Of a stretch of DNA of 64,000 nucleotides, positions 19,231-29,558 are shown piece by piece; positions within the stretch are counted from its first letter, which is position 1, and the number at the start of each line of letters is the position of its first letter. The DNA is from a virus. The stretch is taken from positions 1-64,000 of IMG/VR virus record IMGVR_UViG_3300042327_000544, one strand, 5' to 3'. The notes under the pieces were generated by a model. The model did not search any database. It saw nothing but the letters and a program-made list of their open reading frames with translations, and had not been told where the DNA came from. Both the position numbers and the translations under genes were made by a program.

Positions 19231-21470
19231 TATGCCCACGTAGCCTTTCTCTGAGACCAGTCCGCTAACCCAGTAAGGGCAGAGGCTGCATGATATGCTG
19301 GACTCGTTCCAAAGGCTCCTCTTGCTTTTACACGGTATAAACCTGTTGGCTTAAAAAATGTTTCTTTTGATATATAATCATAACCTGGTCTTGATAAATA
19401 TCTGTATTTATTTACATCTGACGATGAAGTAATCCAGACGTTCTGCGATGTGCTTGAGCCAATTGGAGTGTACTGGTATTGTATTGCATCATACTCAAAT
19501 ATTTCTGAATCAATCATAACATATCCTGAAAAATTATATAATGTTGCGCTACTATAGTCGTCTAATGTTTCTACATCAACTGCAAGTATTGTGTTTTCTG
19601 GGGACGTGTCTGCTGCTATGCTTGATCTCAATCCACCAGCACTCAAGTATGAAACCTCGTCTGTCCAAAGATCTCCTGAGTTTCCAGCATAATTAGATGT
19701 AAGTTGACTTTGCCATAAAATTTTAACCTGGTTTGCAGAAGGAATTTCTTGCTTATTAAAATCAACTATATTGGCAAGCGTTGTTCCATCTGTGTCGTAT
19801 GTAAATACCCAGTCTATGTTTGTTTTCTTGTAAATATAGTCACGGCTTGCGAACTGCAAAATGTTATTTTCATCAAAGAAAGCATTCATTTGTATATCAC
19901 GGCACAACTCTTGAAGAGCTTGCCAGACTGTTTTAGACCCTGTTGTCCACCAATAGTTAATAACTGGGATAGACTTATCGTCTGTTGCAGTTCTAATTTC
20001 ATAGCTTGTAAACCCTATAGAGTCTAAGAGCCTTCTTATAATACTGGTAACTGGATATGATTCGCATAGAATATCTGGTGCTACTGTATCCATTAGATAT
20101 TTAGCAGCATCTAGTGCATTTAAAGATACCTCTCCAGTGTCCGCTATCTCCCAAGAATCTATATAGAATGATCCCTGTGGGACCTTGTCAAATAATTCTC
20201 CCGCTGAACCATATGTTCCTGCAGAGTGATATACTGAAAAATAAGGCTTCATTTCTGCATTCTTAACTAGATATGTTTTTGTTATATCAAAATTTGCTTC
20301 TCTATTATATGAAACATATTCAAGTGCAGATTGATTATATTTAACTATGTCCATGCTTAGACTGTTTGCGGTAATCTTTCCAACAGGGAGTATGTCCTCT
20401 GAGCTTGAAGAAGATTCTTTTTCTATATTAAGAGAAGCTATGTCTGAAGATATATCCTTAATCCATCTTGCTGATAATTCAATAACTCCTAATACTTTAC
20501 CCCCGCCTGGATTTGTTGCTTGAAGTCTAATTGATTTAATTAATTTAGGTGTAGCGTAGGCGGCAGGCTCTGTAGAAGTCCATGTCGTTCCGTTATAATA
20601 TAACACAATCTGTCCAGATGCGTCTACGGAAGATGGGCCTACCGTTGCTGTTGTTGCATCTGAATATGTAATTGTCATTGTGTAGTTGCTTGGGAAGGCA
20701 TGATTTTTTTCAAATCTTGCAACTATTTTATTTGATACAGCAGGCTTTGTTGCTGCAGATAGTGTTGCTGTTGCTGATTGCTCTCTTGACCACGCTCCAG
20801 TAGCAGATGAAGCAATAGTAAAAGATGTTGGGCTTGGGGTAGAAGCAATTACGCCTGAAGATAAATTAAAGGCAGCAGTTGAAAGACCAGTAATAGTTAC
20901 CGTTTGCCCTGAAGAAAATCCGTGGTTATTTAATGTTTTGTATGTAACAATGGAGCCCGAAGAAGAAGCCTCTTTAACTGTTGCAGAAAGAGTAGAATAG
21001 TTAACAGTTAGATCTGCGCTTTGATTTATTGGTGTTACCCAATATTTATATGAAGTTGTTACTCCAGGGTAGTAAAGTCTTGGATATAGTGTTGTTGCGG
21101 CAGACTCGTATCCATCTGTTTGCGGAGATGTTGCTCGTGGATAGGTTAATGTTCTTGGAGCATAAAAACTATTTGCAGGAGTATCTGTTTGTAGTTTTGT
21201 CCAAATAAGATATTTTACTCCAGAAAACAGCGGTCTAAATGGCTTGATGATTGAATCAATTGGGAAAAGCTTTTTGTACGTATTAATTTTGCCATCTGCT
21301 GACTTAGCATAATATTGATCCATTGTGGATGGATAAGTAACGGTAATATTGTCTAGCATAGAGTTCATATTGTATTCTATTGTGCATCCTGTATTTATCT
21401 TAACAGAAGATTGCTGCTTAAATAAATTTTTAACAGTATTATTATTTGATGAAGGTACTGTGGTAATCAT
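19230..21470 (-). CDS. Tail tip/baseplate hub protein, N-terminal part
   Basis: Follows distal tail gene; TVWQALQELC..FFDENNILQF hub motif; start MITTV by TAATG overlap. Confidence 0.65.
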   Translation of the reverse strand: MITTVPSSNNNTVKNLFKQQSSVKINTGCTIEYNMNSMLDNITVTYPSTMDQYYAKSADGKINTYKKLFPIDSIIKPFRPLFSGVKYLIWTKLQTDTPANSFYAPRTLTYPRATSPQTDGYESAATTLYPRLYYPGVTTSYKYWVTPINQSADLTVNYSTLSATVKEASSSGSIVTYKTLNNHGFSSGQTVTITGLSTAAFNLSSGVIASTPSPTSFTIASSATGAWSREQSATATLSAATKPAVSNKIVARFEKNHAFPSNYTMTITYSDATTATVGPSSVDASGQIVLYYNGTTWTSTEPAAYATPKLIKSIRLQATNPGGGKVLGVIELSARWIKDISSDIASLNIEKESSSSSEDILPVGKITANSLSMDIVKYNQSALEYVSYNREANFDITKTYLVKNAEMKPYFSVYHSAGTYGSAGELFDKVPQGSFYIDSWEIADTGEVSLNALDAAKYLMDTVAPDILCESYPVTSIIRRLLDSIGFTSYEIRTATDDKSIPVINYWWTTGSKTVWQALQELCRDIQMNAFFDENNILQFASRDYIYKKTNIDWVFTYDTDGTTLANIVDFNKQEIPSANQVKILWQSQLTSNYAGNSGDLWTDEVSYLSAGGLRSSIAADTSPENTILAVDVETLDDYSSATLYNFSGYVMIDSEIFEYDAIQYQYTPIGSSTSQNVWITSSSDVNKYRYLSRPGYDYISKETFFKPTGLYRVKARGAFGTSPAYHAASALTGLADWSQRKATWA

Positions 21471-21952
21471 TATACTTGTTCCATTGAAATAGATACATTC
21501 CAAAATTCTTGAGCGGGATTGCTTGAAGAATCTTTAACGTTTCTCTTTATTACCTCAAAACTGCAAGACGCAAAAGACACCGTAAATATTTCTTCTCTAT
21601 CTGCAAATGGTGCTGTCTGATTCTTACCGTATACAATTTTAATCTTAAAAACACCTTGGCCTTTAGTGCTTTCAAAGTATGATTTTAAATCTACTGCTCC
21701 ATACCCTGCGTCTACCGTCATATTTGAAAATGATGGTAGCATTTCCCAGGATGTGCTAAATTCTCTTTTATCGGCAATAAAAAACTTTCTAAGTGTTCCA
21801 TTGCTCATTCTTGTTACTTTTTGAAAACGGTTTTGATTAATAGACATTGGCTGTCTATTGTGCTCTGAAAGTTTTGCCCAAGTAGGGGTGTCTGTAGCAG
21901 ATGTATCAATATATAGAAGTGAGCCTACTGGTAAATATACTGTGCTTGCCAT
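21470..21952 (-). CDS. Distal tail protein (Dit-like)
   Basis: Immediately after TMP; RMSNGTLR..KREFSTSWEMLP. Confidence 0.65.
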   Translation of the reverse strand: MASTVYLPVGSLLYIDTSATDTPTWAKLSEHNRQPMSINQNRFQKVTRMSNGTLRKFFIADKREFSTSWEMLPSFSNMTVDAGYGAVDLKSYFESTKGQGVFKIKIVYGKNQTAPFADREEIFTVSFASCSFEVIKRNVKDSSSNPAQEFWNVSISMEQV

Positions 21953-24900
21953 TAATATGATCCCCCGATAACAATATTTTCTCCAACTTTTGCGCCTTCA
22001 GCTTTAGCAATCTGCTTAAACTCTTTCCAAAGATCTCTACCACTCTTAGGAGATTCTCCAAAATTAAGTGTAGCATTAATAGTAACATTAGAACTACTTG
22101 AATTTGTAGTACCACTCTTGAATCCACCTGCTGTAGAGTATGAAGGAACATCGTATGTTGGCATTGTTGCAGCATTAGGATAAATTGTTCCTGAGAAATT
22201 AGGTTTCATTAATATACCCTCTGGCTGTGCACCCAGGGAATTAATTCTATCATTTACCCTTAACAGATCTCCAGCAGCAAATGGTCCGCCTCCCCATTTC
22301 TGTCTAATAATATCGGTTGCAGAATTTACCTTGTAGGTTCTTTGATTGTATTTAAAGAATTGCCCTGGCTGTAAATTATACTCTCTAACAATTTGCTCTT
22401 TAGCCCATTGCTCAAGGCCATCTTTATTTGTATTTCCTCCAAGTGACACGCCAGTCTTAGTTGTTGTTTTTGTAACTTCAAATGCAGTATCTTTAGTCTT
22501 AGAGCCAGCTGGTCCTATTCCCATATATGCATTATAAAGATCTGCAATAGTTTTTCCTCCTGTGATGGCCTTAGCATTTGCAAGTGCAGCTGCTGAATCC
22601 TTTTTTAATGCTGCATCTGCTGCACCAGGTTTGTAGGTGGCCGATCCCTTTGGATGAGTCGCAGTCATAACTCTGCCTGCAGTAGACTCTCCCTTTTCAT
22701 TAATCAATGTGCCAGTAAATATTTTCTTTAGCTCTGTTGCTAAAACTTTATCAGAACCTTTTGCGTCTGCAGCAATTTGCTTTGCAAGATCTCCCAAAGG
22801 CCCTCTTACTAGCTCCTGTTGATCCTTTAATGCTTGTTTGTTTGATGGATCCTTTTCTAGAATTACATCTATTCTAGCTTGTTCTTTTACTAGTCTCTGA
22901 TATTCGTTTTGATACTGATCAACTTTATTCATTCTTTCGCCTGCTGAAGTAGCATTGTTTTGAGCGTTAGTTAAATTTTTTGCAGTCTTATCTGACTGAG
23001 CTTGCAGCTTTTCTCTTTGAGCAATTAATTCTTTTTCACGCTTAGCTCTATTTTCTTCAATTGCATCAATAGCTTTTTGATTTTCTCTTTCGCCAACAAG
23101 CTGCTTAATCTTTAGCTGTGCTTGTGCTGCTCCCGCCATATCTCCTGCAGCCATCTTGTCTGCGTATTCTAGTTGAGCTTTTTGAATTTCTAAAGATAGG
23201 TTTTCTTTGTTCTGGGCAGCCTCAAGTGCTTTCTTTCGGGCATCAGCCTCTTCATTAATCTTATCAATTTTTTTGTCAATAAGTTTAATTTCTTCTTTAA
23301 TCTGATCTTGAGTTTTTTGTGCATTAGCCGCTGCTTTGGCTCCACCAGATGCAATTAATTTTTGCAAAGCAACAATAGACTTTTGTGATTTAGCTGCAAT
23401 TCCGCTTCCTGAAGACTTTGCTTCCGAAGCAGCTAAGGCAGAATCTAATGCTGCCTCAAATGCTACTAGTGCTTGGGCTTGCTCGGATGTTATATTCTTT
23501 AAATCAGTTCTAACTCCAGAAAGAAGTAGTCGCCATTTAGAATACATACCTGCAACGTTGTCTGATTGATTAAGTATTTCAGCAAGTGCTGGATGTGTTT
23601 CTTTAAGAGAATTAATCTGCGCTTGAGTTAGTGTTAGTTTAGATCCTTCTTTTTCATTAATGCTAGCTAGGATTTCTGACATAGCTTCTTGCTGTGTCAT
23701 CAATTCCCCATTTTCCTTTTTAGTTTTCATTAATGTTTGTAAATTATCATCAAGAGCATCTGTAGTATTTGAAATAACTACACCTAAATCTTTTCCGTAT
23801 AGGACGTCTGTATCGTATCCTGCAGAAGCTGGGTCATACATATTTTTATTTAAAGTTTTAACCATAGCAATTGCTGCTGATGCAGAATCTGTGATTTCTC
23901 TAAAGCCCTTACTAGATATTGCATTAAATGCCATATCGGCTTTATCTGATGCAGATATAATTGCATAAATTTTATTTGTTGCTTCTTGAGCAGAAATGCC
24001 TGCTGCTATAAATTGTGCCTTTAAGTTAGTAGCAATTTCAGTAACTTTTGCCTGCTTGTTAGCATCTCCAGATACATCTATGTCAGTAAAGGTTGAAACT
24101 AGCTCTTTCTGGTTTTCTTTTGCATTCTTTATTCCTGCTCTTAACTCTTTAATGCTTAGAGTTAGACCTTGAACTCCCGCTGAGTTGAGGGCTTCATAGG
24201 CATTTCTTCCCTTTGCCCTAGTTAGCTCAAGTTGATCATTAACCGCTTTAATAGAATTAGAAAGATTGTTGTATTTAATTCCCGCTTCAGCTGCAGACTT
24301 TTCAGTAATTCCAACTGAGTTAGTTTTTTCAATTCTATCTTGCTCTCGTTCTTTTTGGAACTTCTTAAATATTGCATATCCCGCAGTAAGCGCTGTAAGA
24401 AGTAATCCGATAGGTCCTAGTGCAAATCTCATTGCCATTCCAATTGCTTTACCAGCAATTCCTGCTGCGCCGCCAACGCCTTTAAATCCTCCAGCAAGCT
24501 TACCTAAAGATCCTAGCATATTCGGAGCAAGCATTGGAAGCACTGATGCAAATTGCATAATTTGTCCTGCTTGTCCGCCGATTGCTTGTCCTGCCATACC
24601 CATTCCCATACCAATGCCCATACCAGCCATTGGACCAGAGCTCATCATTCCAGCTCCTATGTTACCCTTTGCTCTTTCTTGCCTATAAGCAGATCCGAAT
24701 GTTATTGGCTGAACTGGCTTTTTAGTTCCTTTGTTAAAGTACTGAACTCCTGGCACCATTCCGCCCTTGTTCATTCCGAACATTTGTTTTCTTACTTTAG
24801 TAGTTGCAGGTGTCCATGACTTTGAATCCCAGTTTGCAAACTTGGTTCTCAATATCTCTCTGTCTATTTTACTTAAACTTTTTCCTCCTGTGCTAAGAAC

Positions 24901-27900
24901 ATCCCCAGCGGCGGATTTAAGAAGTGTATCTACAATATCTGGCTCTAGAGCTTTTTGAAGACTTCCCTGAGCATCCTTTACGTATCCGTATGGTCTTTCT
25001 TTTTCAAGATTTTCAATCATCTTGCCATACATTAAGTTTTGTGCTTTAGGTGTTAGGCCAGAGCTTCCGAATAGCTTTCTTCCCATACCAATAGATAGAG
25101 AAGTAGCGCCCCACTTTTCTCCTATTTTTCCAAACTTAGCTCCTACGTTTTTAAAAGCTGTACTCTTTAATATATTACCTACTGGCCCACCTCTGTTTAA
25201 TTTTGTTGCGCCAAACAAGGACGCTATTGTCTGTATAAATGGATTTGACGCTTCTTTTGAATGATAAAATTTATTTGGATTGCCTCCAGCTGCGGAAGCT
25301 TCTAGGTTTGCAAATTTTATTGTTTTTCCATTTACATCAATTTTATTTAGCCATCCAGTGGAGGCTCTACGTGTAGGGTGTGCAAAACTTCCTGGAGAAT
25401 TCGACCATTTGCTCCAAGCTTCTAAACCTAGTGCATTGCCGCCTAGTTCTTTTCTCAACAAAGATTCAGATACTGAATAAACTGGGTTATTAGAGTCATT
25501 AACCTTACCCATTGAAAGAATCTTTTTTGCATAAGAATTAAATACTAATTTTGAAAGTCTTCTTTTTTCTGCTTTTGAAATTACTCCTGCGTTAGCTAGG
25601 CCATCTAAAAATACATCAGTAGATAATCTTGACCCTCCACCTCTTGCATTTATAGAGGCAAGCAACGTTCTTGGGTCTACGCCTTCTCCTGTCATGTCCG
25701 CATTTATTTTTGATGTTGATGCAGAAATTTTTCTGCTAGAAACATTGCCTCCAAAAACACCAGCGTTGCCTTTTGGCTCATAATAATCAGCAGTTGCACG
25801 ATCTGTAAGCCTTCCTGGAAATAATTTATCTATTAGTTTTTTTGAAACCATTGGTCTTGATCCGCCGCCACGGGTCATTTTTAAAAATGCCTGGACCATT
25901 CCGCCCAAATTATATGCGCCGTTAGTAGACTGCTGACCATTGTTAATTGCTTGAAGCAATGGTAGATTTGCTGCTGTGGCTTCTTTGTTTACAACAAATT
26001 CACCTGGAGTAAGAATTGCTGGAACTGTGTCTGTATTTCCAGTTCCTGGAACAATATTTCCAGCATTTAATCTCTTAGGTATAGTTGTTTCTGTACTGTA
26101 TCCAGCACCAAATGTTTTTACACCTAGACCTTGTGCAATTTTATTAAGAAGGCTTCTAGTTCTTCCTGGGCGAAGAAGCTCTTTCATATTAGTTTTGCCA
26201 GCGGCATTTACAACTGGCTGATTTAATAGAGGGACTGTTGTTAGCCCTATTGTTCTTCCTTGTTGGCCCGCAATATCTACAGAAGCCTGTGCAATCATAG
26301 ATTCTACCTGAGCATTTAATTGAATAATCTTAGCTCTTGCTTGATCTACTGTTAGCTTGCCAGCCTGCAACTGTGCAACAATTGCTGCAGATTCTGCTGC
26401 TGCATTTGCAGTAAGCTTAGTCATTGTTGGAAGCAGTGCTTGATAAGAGTCGGACAAGGATGCTGTTATAAGCCCAGTAGAGGCAACTTCTTTTTTAAGT
26501 AAAGCAATTTCTGCTTGCGATTGCATTGCAAGTGCGCCTGTCATTGCATGCCATTTTGCAGCTTCTGCTGCAACAATACCAGTTGAAGCTCCTCCGATTG
26601 ATGTTAGTCCTGGAATCTTTGGAAGATCACCAGACATATACATCTGAGGATTATTTCCAATCTTTTGATTTACTTTTGGTGCCCCAGGTACTACTCCGAA
26701 AATTGTTTGTGTTGATTTTTGATCCATCGTCATTCCAGCAACTGGATTAAGATGAGACATTGATCTTGTATCTTCTGGGCTAATTAGTGGGTGATTTGGA
26801 TCAACAACTCTTGCCCCGCTGCCCTTAACAACGTTACCCGCCAAGGTTGAAATTGTTGGTGCTGCAGATACTGCACCCGTCATAGCTTTAGATTGAAGTA
26901 ATTCAAATTCTGTTACGAGGCCTGCAATTGCAGTTTTTAATACTGTGGCTGCTTGAGCATCACTATAAAATGTAGCCTCAACAAGTGATCCTGCTTTTTG
27001 TGCTGCCAAAATTTCTGGCGTAAGCATCTTCCATCCTTCTCCACCCTTAAACAAGGCCCTGAAGTGTGATGCTCCTTTAATTATATATCCAAAGAAGTTG
27101 GCAAGTACACCAGTTAACATAATTACTGGTCCGATGATTGCAGTAAATCCTGTAACAAATGTCAACAAAGATTTAATTGGGTCTGGCAATTTATTTATAA
27201 ACTTAATAATACCATCTACAATATTAATAAAGAATGTTTGAATCTTTAGGAACTCGTCGCCAATTCCTGCAAGATCTGCCTTTAAGCCTTCTACTGCTCT
27301 TTTGTATTTTCCAGAAGCGGATTCTGTTACCATTGATAATTCTCGACCTGCTACCTGTGACAACTCTTCAGAGCTTGCTTTCATTAAATCCATTACCTGA
27401 AGGGTCTGACTTCCCTGCTTGCCTAGGTTTGCAAACAAAGCATTAAGTCTAGAGAACTGAAACTTACCAAACAACTGTTCAATTGCCTGTTGCTTTTGTA
27501 GTGGATCTAGGTTATCTAGTGCTGCTTGAAGAGCGAAAAGTGTTCCTGTTAGATCTCCAGCATTTTTTGCTACAATCCCGCCAAGGTCAATTCCCATTTC
27601 AGAAAACTTTTCTTTTGCTACCTTTGTAGGATTAATTAAAGATGCTAGTGCTGATTTGAGAGCGTTAGCTCCTTCTGAAGCATTAATTCCGCCTTCCTTC
27701 ATTGCAGTTAGATACAATGCTAAGTCCTGTACGCTTCCGCCTAAACCTTGAATAACTGGACCCGCTTTTGGAATTGCTTCTACTAGGTCATTAAGAGTTG
27801 TTGATGTTTGGTTTTCAACTGAGTTGAGAAAGTTAATAGATTCAGAAAGCTGATCTGTATTTTGCTTAAATGTAGTTTGAATTGCCAGGGTGGCCTTCAT

Positions 27901-28779
27901 TGCTTCTTGTCTATCTACTTCTCCAAGTACGGCAAGTCTACTTGTTTCTTTAACAGAATTAAGAAGATCGTCGCCTTGCTTGCCCGTCGCTGCAATATCT
28001 GCGGCAAGAGTAATTGTATCTTTAAATGAAACTCCGTATGCTTTTGAAATCTCTTTAGCTGTTTGAGTAACTTCTCTTCTTACTTTTTCAAGATCTGCTG
28101 CGGATGTTGCTGCTACTCCGCCGTATACCTTTGTAAGTCTGACTAACTCTGCATCTGCCATTCTAAATGCATCTGCTGCAGCTTTACCAAATGCCGCAAG
28201 AGGTACTGTAAGTCCTACTGTTAACTGACGACCTGCCCACTGAGTATTTTTACCCCAGTTAATAAGCTGAACTCCACCGTCTTGAACAACCTTGTTCATA
28301 ATCTGTAGTTCTTGTCTTGCTAAAGCAGTTTTGTTTTTTACAGCATCAAGACCCTGTGGAATATGTACGCTGTATTGCATAAGCCCTTGAGCATTTTTAC
28401 CCATTGGCTGAATGATTGCATTTTGTAATGCTACTTGCTGCTTAGCAAGATCTCTGATTAAGCCGCCTTGCGTCCTTGTGTGCTCACTAAATGTCTGAAA
28501 GTACTGCTTCAGTTTCATTTGGCCCCTGTCTAGGTTGGTGCCAAACTTTTCAACATCCGATGTTAAAGTAACAAAGTGTGTTGCAAACTGACCAGTTCTT
28601 CTTAGGTTTTCACCAAAGGATCTGTTCATCGTCGCTACTTGACTTGCAAGCCTTGCGTCCGATTGAATTATTTGTGCTTGAAGTTTTGAAAGAGAGGCTG
28701 CAACCTTATTGACATCTGCAATAAGACCTGAGAAATCTGCATTAGCAACTATATTAGTTACAATATTTTCATCAGCCAT
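21952..28779 (-). CDS. Tail tape measure protein (TP901-type core)
   Basis: 2275 aa Ala/Gln/Lys-rich helical protein; core region AIPKAGP..GANALKS; hydrophobic segments; VPGTGNTDTVPAILTPGEFVVN motif; follows tail chaperones. Confidence 0.95.
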   Translation of the reverse strand: MADENIVTNIVANADFSGLIADVNKVAASLSKLQAQIIQSDARLASQVATMNRSFGENLRRTGQFATHFVTLTSDVEKFGTNLDRGQMKLKQYFQTFSEHTRTQGGLIRDLAKQQVALQNAIIQPMGKNAQGLMQYSVHIPQGLDAVKNKTALARQELQIMNKVVQDGGVQLINWGKNTQWAGRQLTVGLTVPLAAFGKAAADAFRMADAELVRLTKVYGGVAATSAADLEKVRREVTQTAKEISKAYGVSFKDTITLAADIAATGKQGDDLLNSVKETSRLAVLGEVDRQEAMKATLAIQTTFKQNTDQLSESINFLNSVENQTSTTLNDLVEAIPKAGPVIQGLGGSVQDLALYLTAMKEGGINASEGANALKSALASLINPTKVAKEKFSEMGIDLGGIVAKNAGDLTGTLFALQAALDNLDPLQKQQAIEQLFGKFQFSRLNALFANLGKQGSQTLQVMDLMKASSEELSQVAGRELSMVTESASGKYKRAVEGLKADLAGIGDEFLKIQTFFINIVDGIIKFINKLPDPIKSLLTFVTGFTAIIGPVIMLTGVLANFFGYIIKGASHFRALFKGGEGWKMLTPEILAAQKAGSLVEATFYSDAQAATVLKTAIAGLVTEFELLQSKAMTGAVSAAPTISTLAGNVVKGSGARVVDPNHPLISPEDTRSMSHLNPVAGMTMDQKSTQTIFGVVPGAPKVNQKIGNNPQMYMSGDLPKIPGLTSIGGASTGIVAAEAAKWHAMTGALAMQSQAEIALLKKEVASTGLITASLSDSYQALLPTMTKLTANAAAESAAIVAQLQAGKLTVDQARAKIIQLNAQVESMIAQASVDIAGQQGRTIGLTTVPLLNQPVVNAAGKTNMKELLRPGRTRSLLNKIAQGLGVKTFGAGYSTETTIPKRLNAGNIVPGTGNTDTVPAILTPGEFVVNKEATAANLPLLQAINNGQQSTNGAYNLGGMVQAFLKMTRGGGSRPMVSKKLIDKLFPGRLTDRATADYYEPKGNAGVFGGNVSSRKISASTSKINADMTGEGVDPRTLLASINARGGGSRLSTDVFLDGLANAGVISKAEKRRLSKLVFNSYAKKILSMGKVNDSNNPVYSVSESLLRKELGGNALGLEAWSKWSNSPGSFAHPTRRASTGWLNKIDVNGKTIKFANLEASAAGGNPNKFYHSKEASNPFIQTIASLFGATKLNRGGPVGNILKSTAFKNVGAKFGKIGEKWGATSLSIGMGRKLFGSSGLTPKAQNLMYGKMIENLEKERPYGYVKDAQGSLQKALEPDIVDTLLKSAAGDVLSTGGKSLSKIDREILRTKFANWDSKSWTPATTKVRKQMFGMNKGGMVPGVQYFNKGTKKPVQPITFGSAYRQERAKGNIGAGMMSSGPMAGMGIGMGMGMAGQAIGGQAGQIMQFASVLPMLAPNMLGSLGKLAGGFKGVGGAAGIAGKAIGMAMRFALGPIGLLLTALTAGYAIFKKFQKEREQDRIEKTNSVGITEKSAAEAGIKYNNLSNSIKAVNDQLELTRAKGRNAYEALNSAGVQGLTLSIKELRAGIKNAKENQKELVSTFTDIDVSGDANKQAKVTEIATNLKAQFIAAGISAQEATNKIYAIISASDKADMAFNAISSKGFREITDSASAAIAMVKTLNKNMYDPASAGYDTDVLYGKDLGVVISNTTDALDDNLQTLMKTKKENGELMTQQEAMSEILASINEKEGSKLTLTQAQINSLKETHPALAEILNQSDNVAGMYSKWRLLLSGVRTDLKNITSEQAQALVAFEAALDSALAASEAKSSGSGIAAKSQKSIVALQKLIASGGAKAAANAQKTQDQIKEEIKLIDKKIDKINEEADARKKALEAAQNKENLSLEIQKAQLEYADKMAAGDMAGAAQAQLKIKQLVGERENQKAIDAIEENRAKREKELIAQREKLQAQSDKTAKNLTNAQNNATSAGERMNKVDQYQNEYQRLVKEQARIDVILEKDPSNKQALKDQQELVRGPLGDLAKQIAADAKGSDKVLATELKKIFTGTLINEKGESTAGRVMTATHPKGSATYKPGAADAALKKDSAAALANAKAITGGKTIADLYNAYMGIGPAGSKTKDTAFEVTKTTTKTGVSLGGNTNKDGLEQWAKEQIVREYNLQPGQFFKYNQRTYKVNSATDIIRQKWGGGPFAAGDLLRVNDRINSLGAQPEGILMKPNFSGTIYPNAATMPTYDVPSYSTAGGFKSGTTNSSSSNVTINATLNFGESPKSGRDLWKEFKQIAKAEGAKVGENIVIGGSY

Positions 28780-28790
28780 TTATCTTTACA

Positions 28791-29168
28791 TTACTCCTTT
28801 GTGTAGCCTAGACCTGCTCCAATTCCAAACCCTGCTTGTGCTGCTAAGCTTCCTTGTAGGGAAACTATATCATCACCTGAAGCTTCTATGCCTAGGGCTT
28901 TTCTTTTAACATCGTCAAAAGTTTTTGCCTGTGGTTCGGAGTCTTCCTCATCTACATCTAAATCTATTCCCTTAAGACTTGCCGTAAACTTTCTGTCTTC
29001 CGACTTTTGTTTCTTAAAAGATTTCAATGTTTGAATAAGTTCTGGCATTGAAAGACTTTCTTCTAGTTCTTCGTAATTCTTCCAGTGTCCCAGAAGAAAT
29101 ACTTCACCCTCTAAAGCGGCTAAATCTAGTTCTGACCAGCCAGAACCGCTGCCGCTAGAAGGTTTGGG
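28791..29168 (-). CDS. Tail assembly chaperone frameshift extension (gpGT-like)
   Basis: -1 frame is open from the slippery site through PSSGSGSGWSELDLAALEGEVFLLGHWKNYEELEESLS into ORF 28791..29048. Confidence 0.85.
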   Translation of the reverse strand, partial: PKPSSGSGSGWSELDLAALEGEVFLLGHWKNYEELEESLSMPELIQTLKSFKKQKSEDRKFTASLKGIDLDVDEEDSEPQAKTFDDVKRKALGIEASGDDIVSLQGSLAAQAGFGIGAGLGYTKE

Positions 29169-29458
29169 TCGTCCATCTTAATCCCACCGCATACTTCAAG
29201 TATACGATTGATTGTGGGGACGTCAAGTGCATCTTCTAGTGCATCTCTATCTGCTACCAAGTCTGGTAGTTGTTTTTCAAGTGCTACTGCAACCGCATCA
29301 ATTAACACATTAAGTGTTTGATCTTCTGTAGTTGAATCGCTTGCTGCCTGTAATACGAGCATAAATTTTCTTAGCTCTTTAATGCTTAATGGCTTCAACT
29401 TAACTGTTGAGCCATTCTGAAGCGTTAGTTCTTCTACGCTATATACTGTTGTTGCCAA
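29126..29458 (-). CDS. Tail assembly chaperone (gpG-like)
   Basis: Between major tail and TMP; AGGAGG RBS, TTG start. Confidence 0.85.
   Translation of the reverse strand: MATTVYSVEELTLQNGSTVKLKPLSIKELRKFMLVLQAASDSTTEDQTLNVLIDAVAVALEKQLPDLVADRDALEDALDVPTINRILEVCGGIKMDDPNLLAAAVLAGQN
29162..29168 (-). other. -1 programmed ribosomal frameshift heptamer C CCA AAC
   Basis: X XXY YYZ in correct phase (GAC CCA AAC). Confidence 0.85.
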
Positions 29459-29487
29459 TTTAATCCTCCTAGGATCTAGTCTTAATT

Positions 29488-29516
29488 ATTATAACATATA
29501 CAGATTATCAGCACAA
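29488..29516 (-). promoter_or_regulatory. Promoter for chaperone/TMP operon
   Basis: TTGTGC-17-TATAAT with TG extension. Confidence 0.6.
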
Positions 29517-29518
29517 AT

Positions 29519-29547
29519 GAAAAAGCCCCCAAAAAGGGGGCTTTTCC
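29519..29547 (-). terminator. Intrinsic terminator after major tail gene
   Basis: AAAAGCCCCC-TTTTT-GGGGGCTTTTT. Confidence 0.9.
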
Positions 29548-29558
29548 TATTTAATTAT

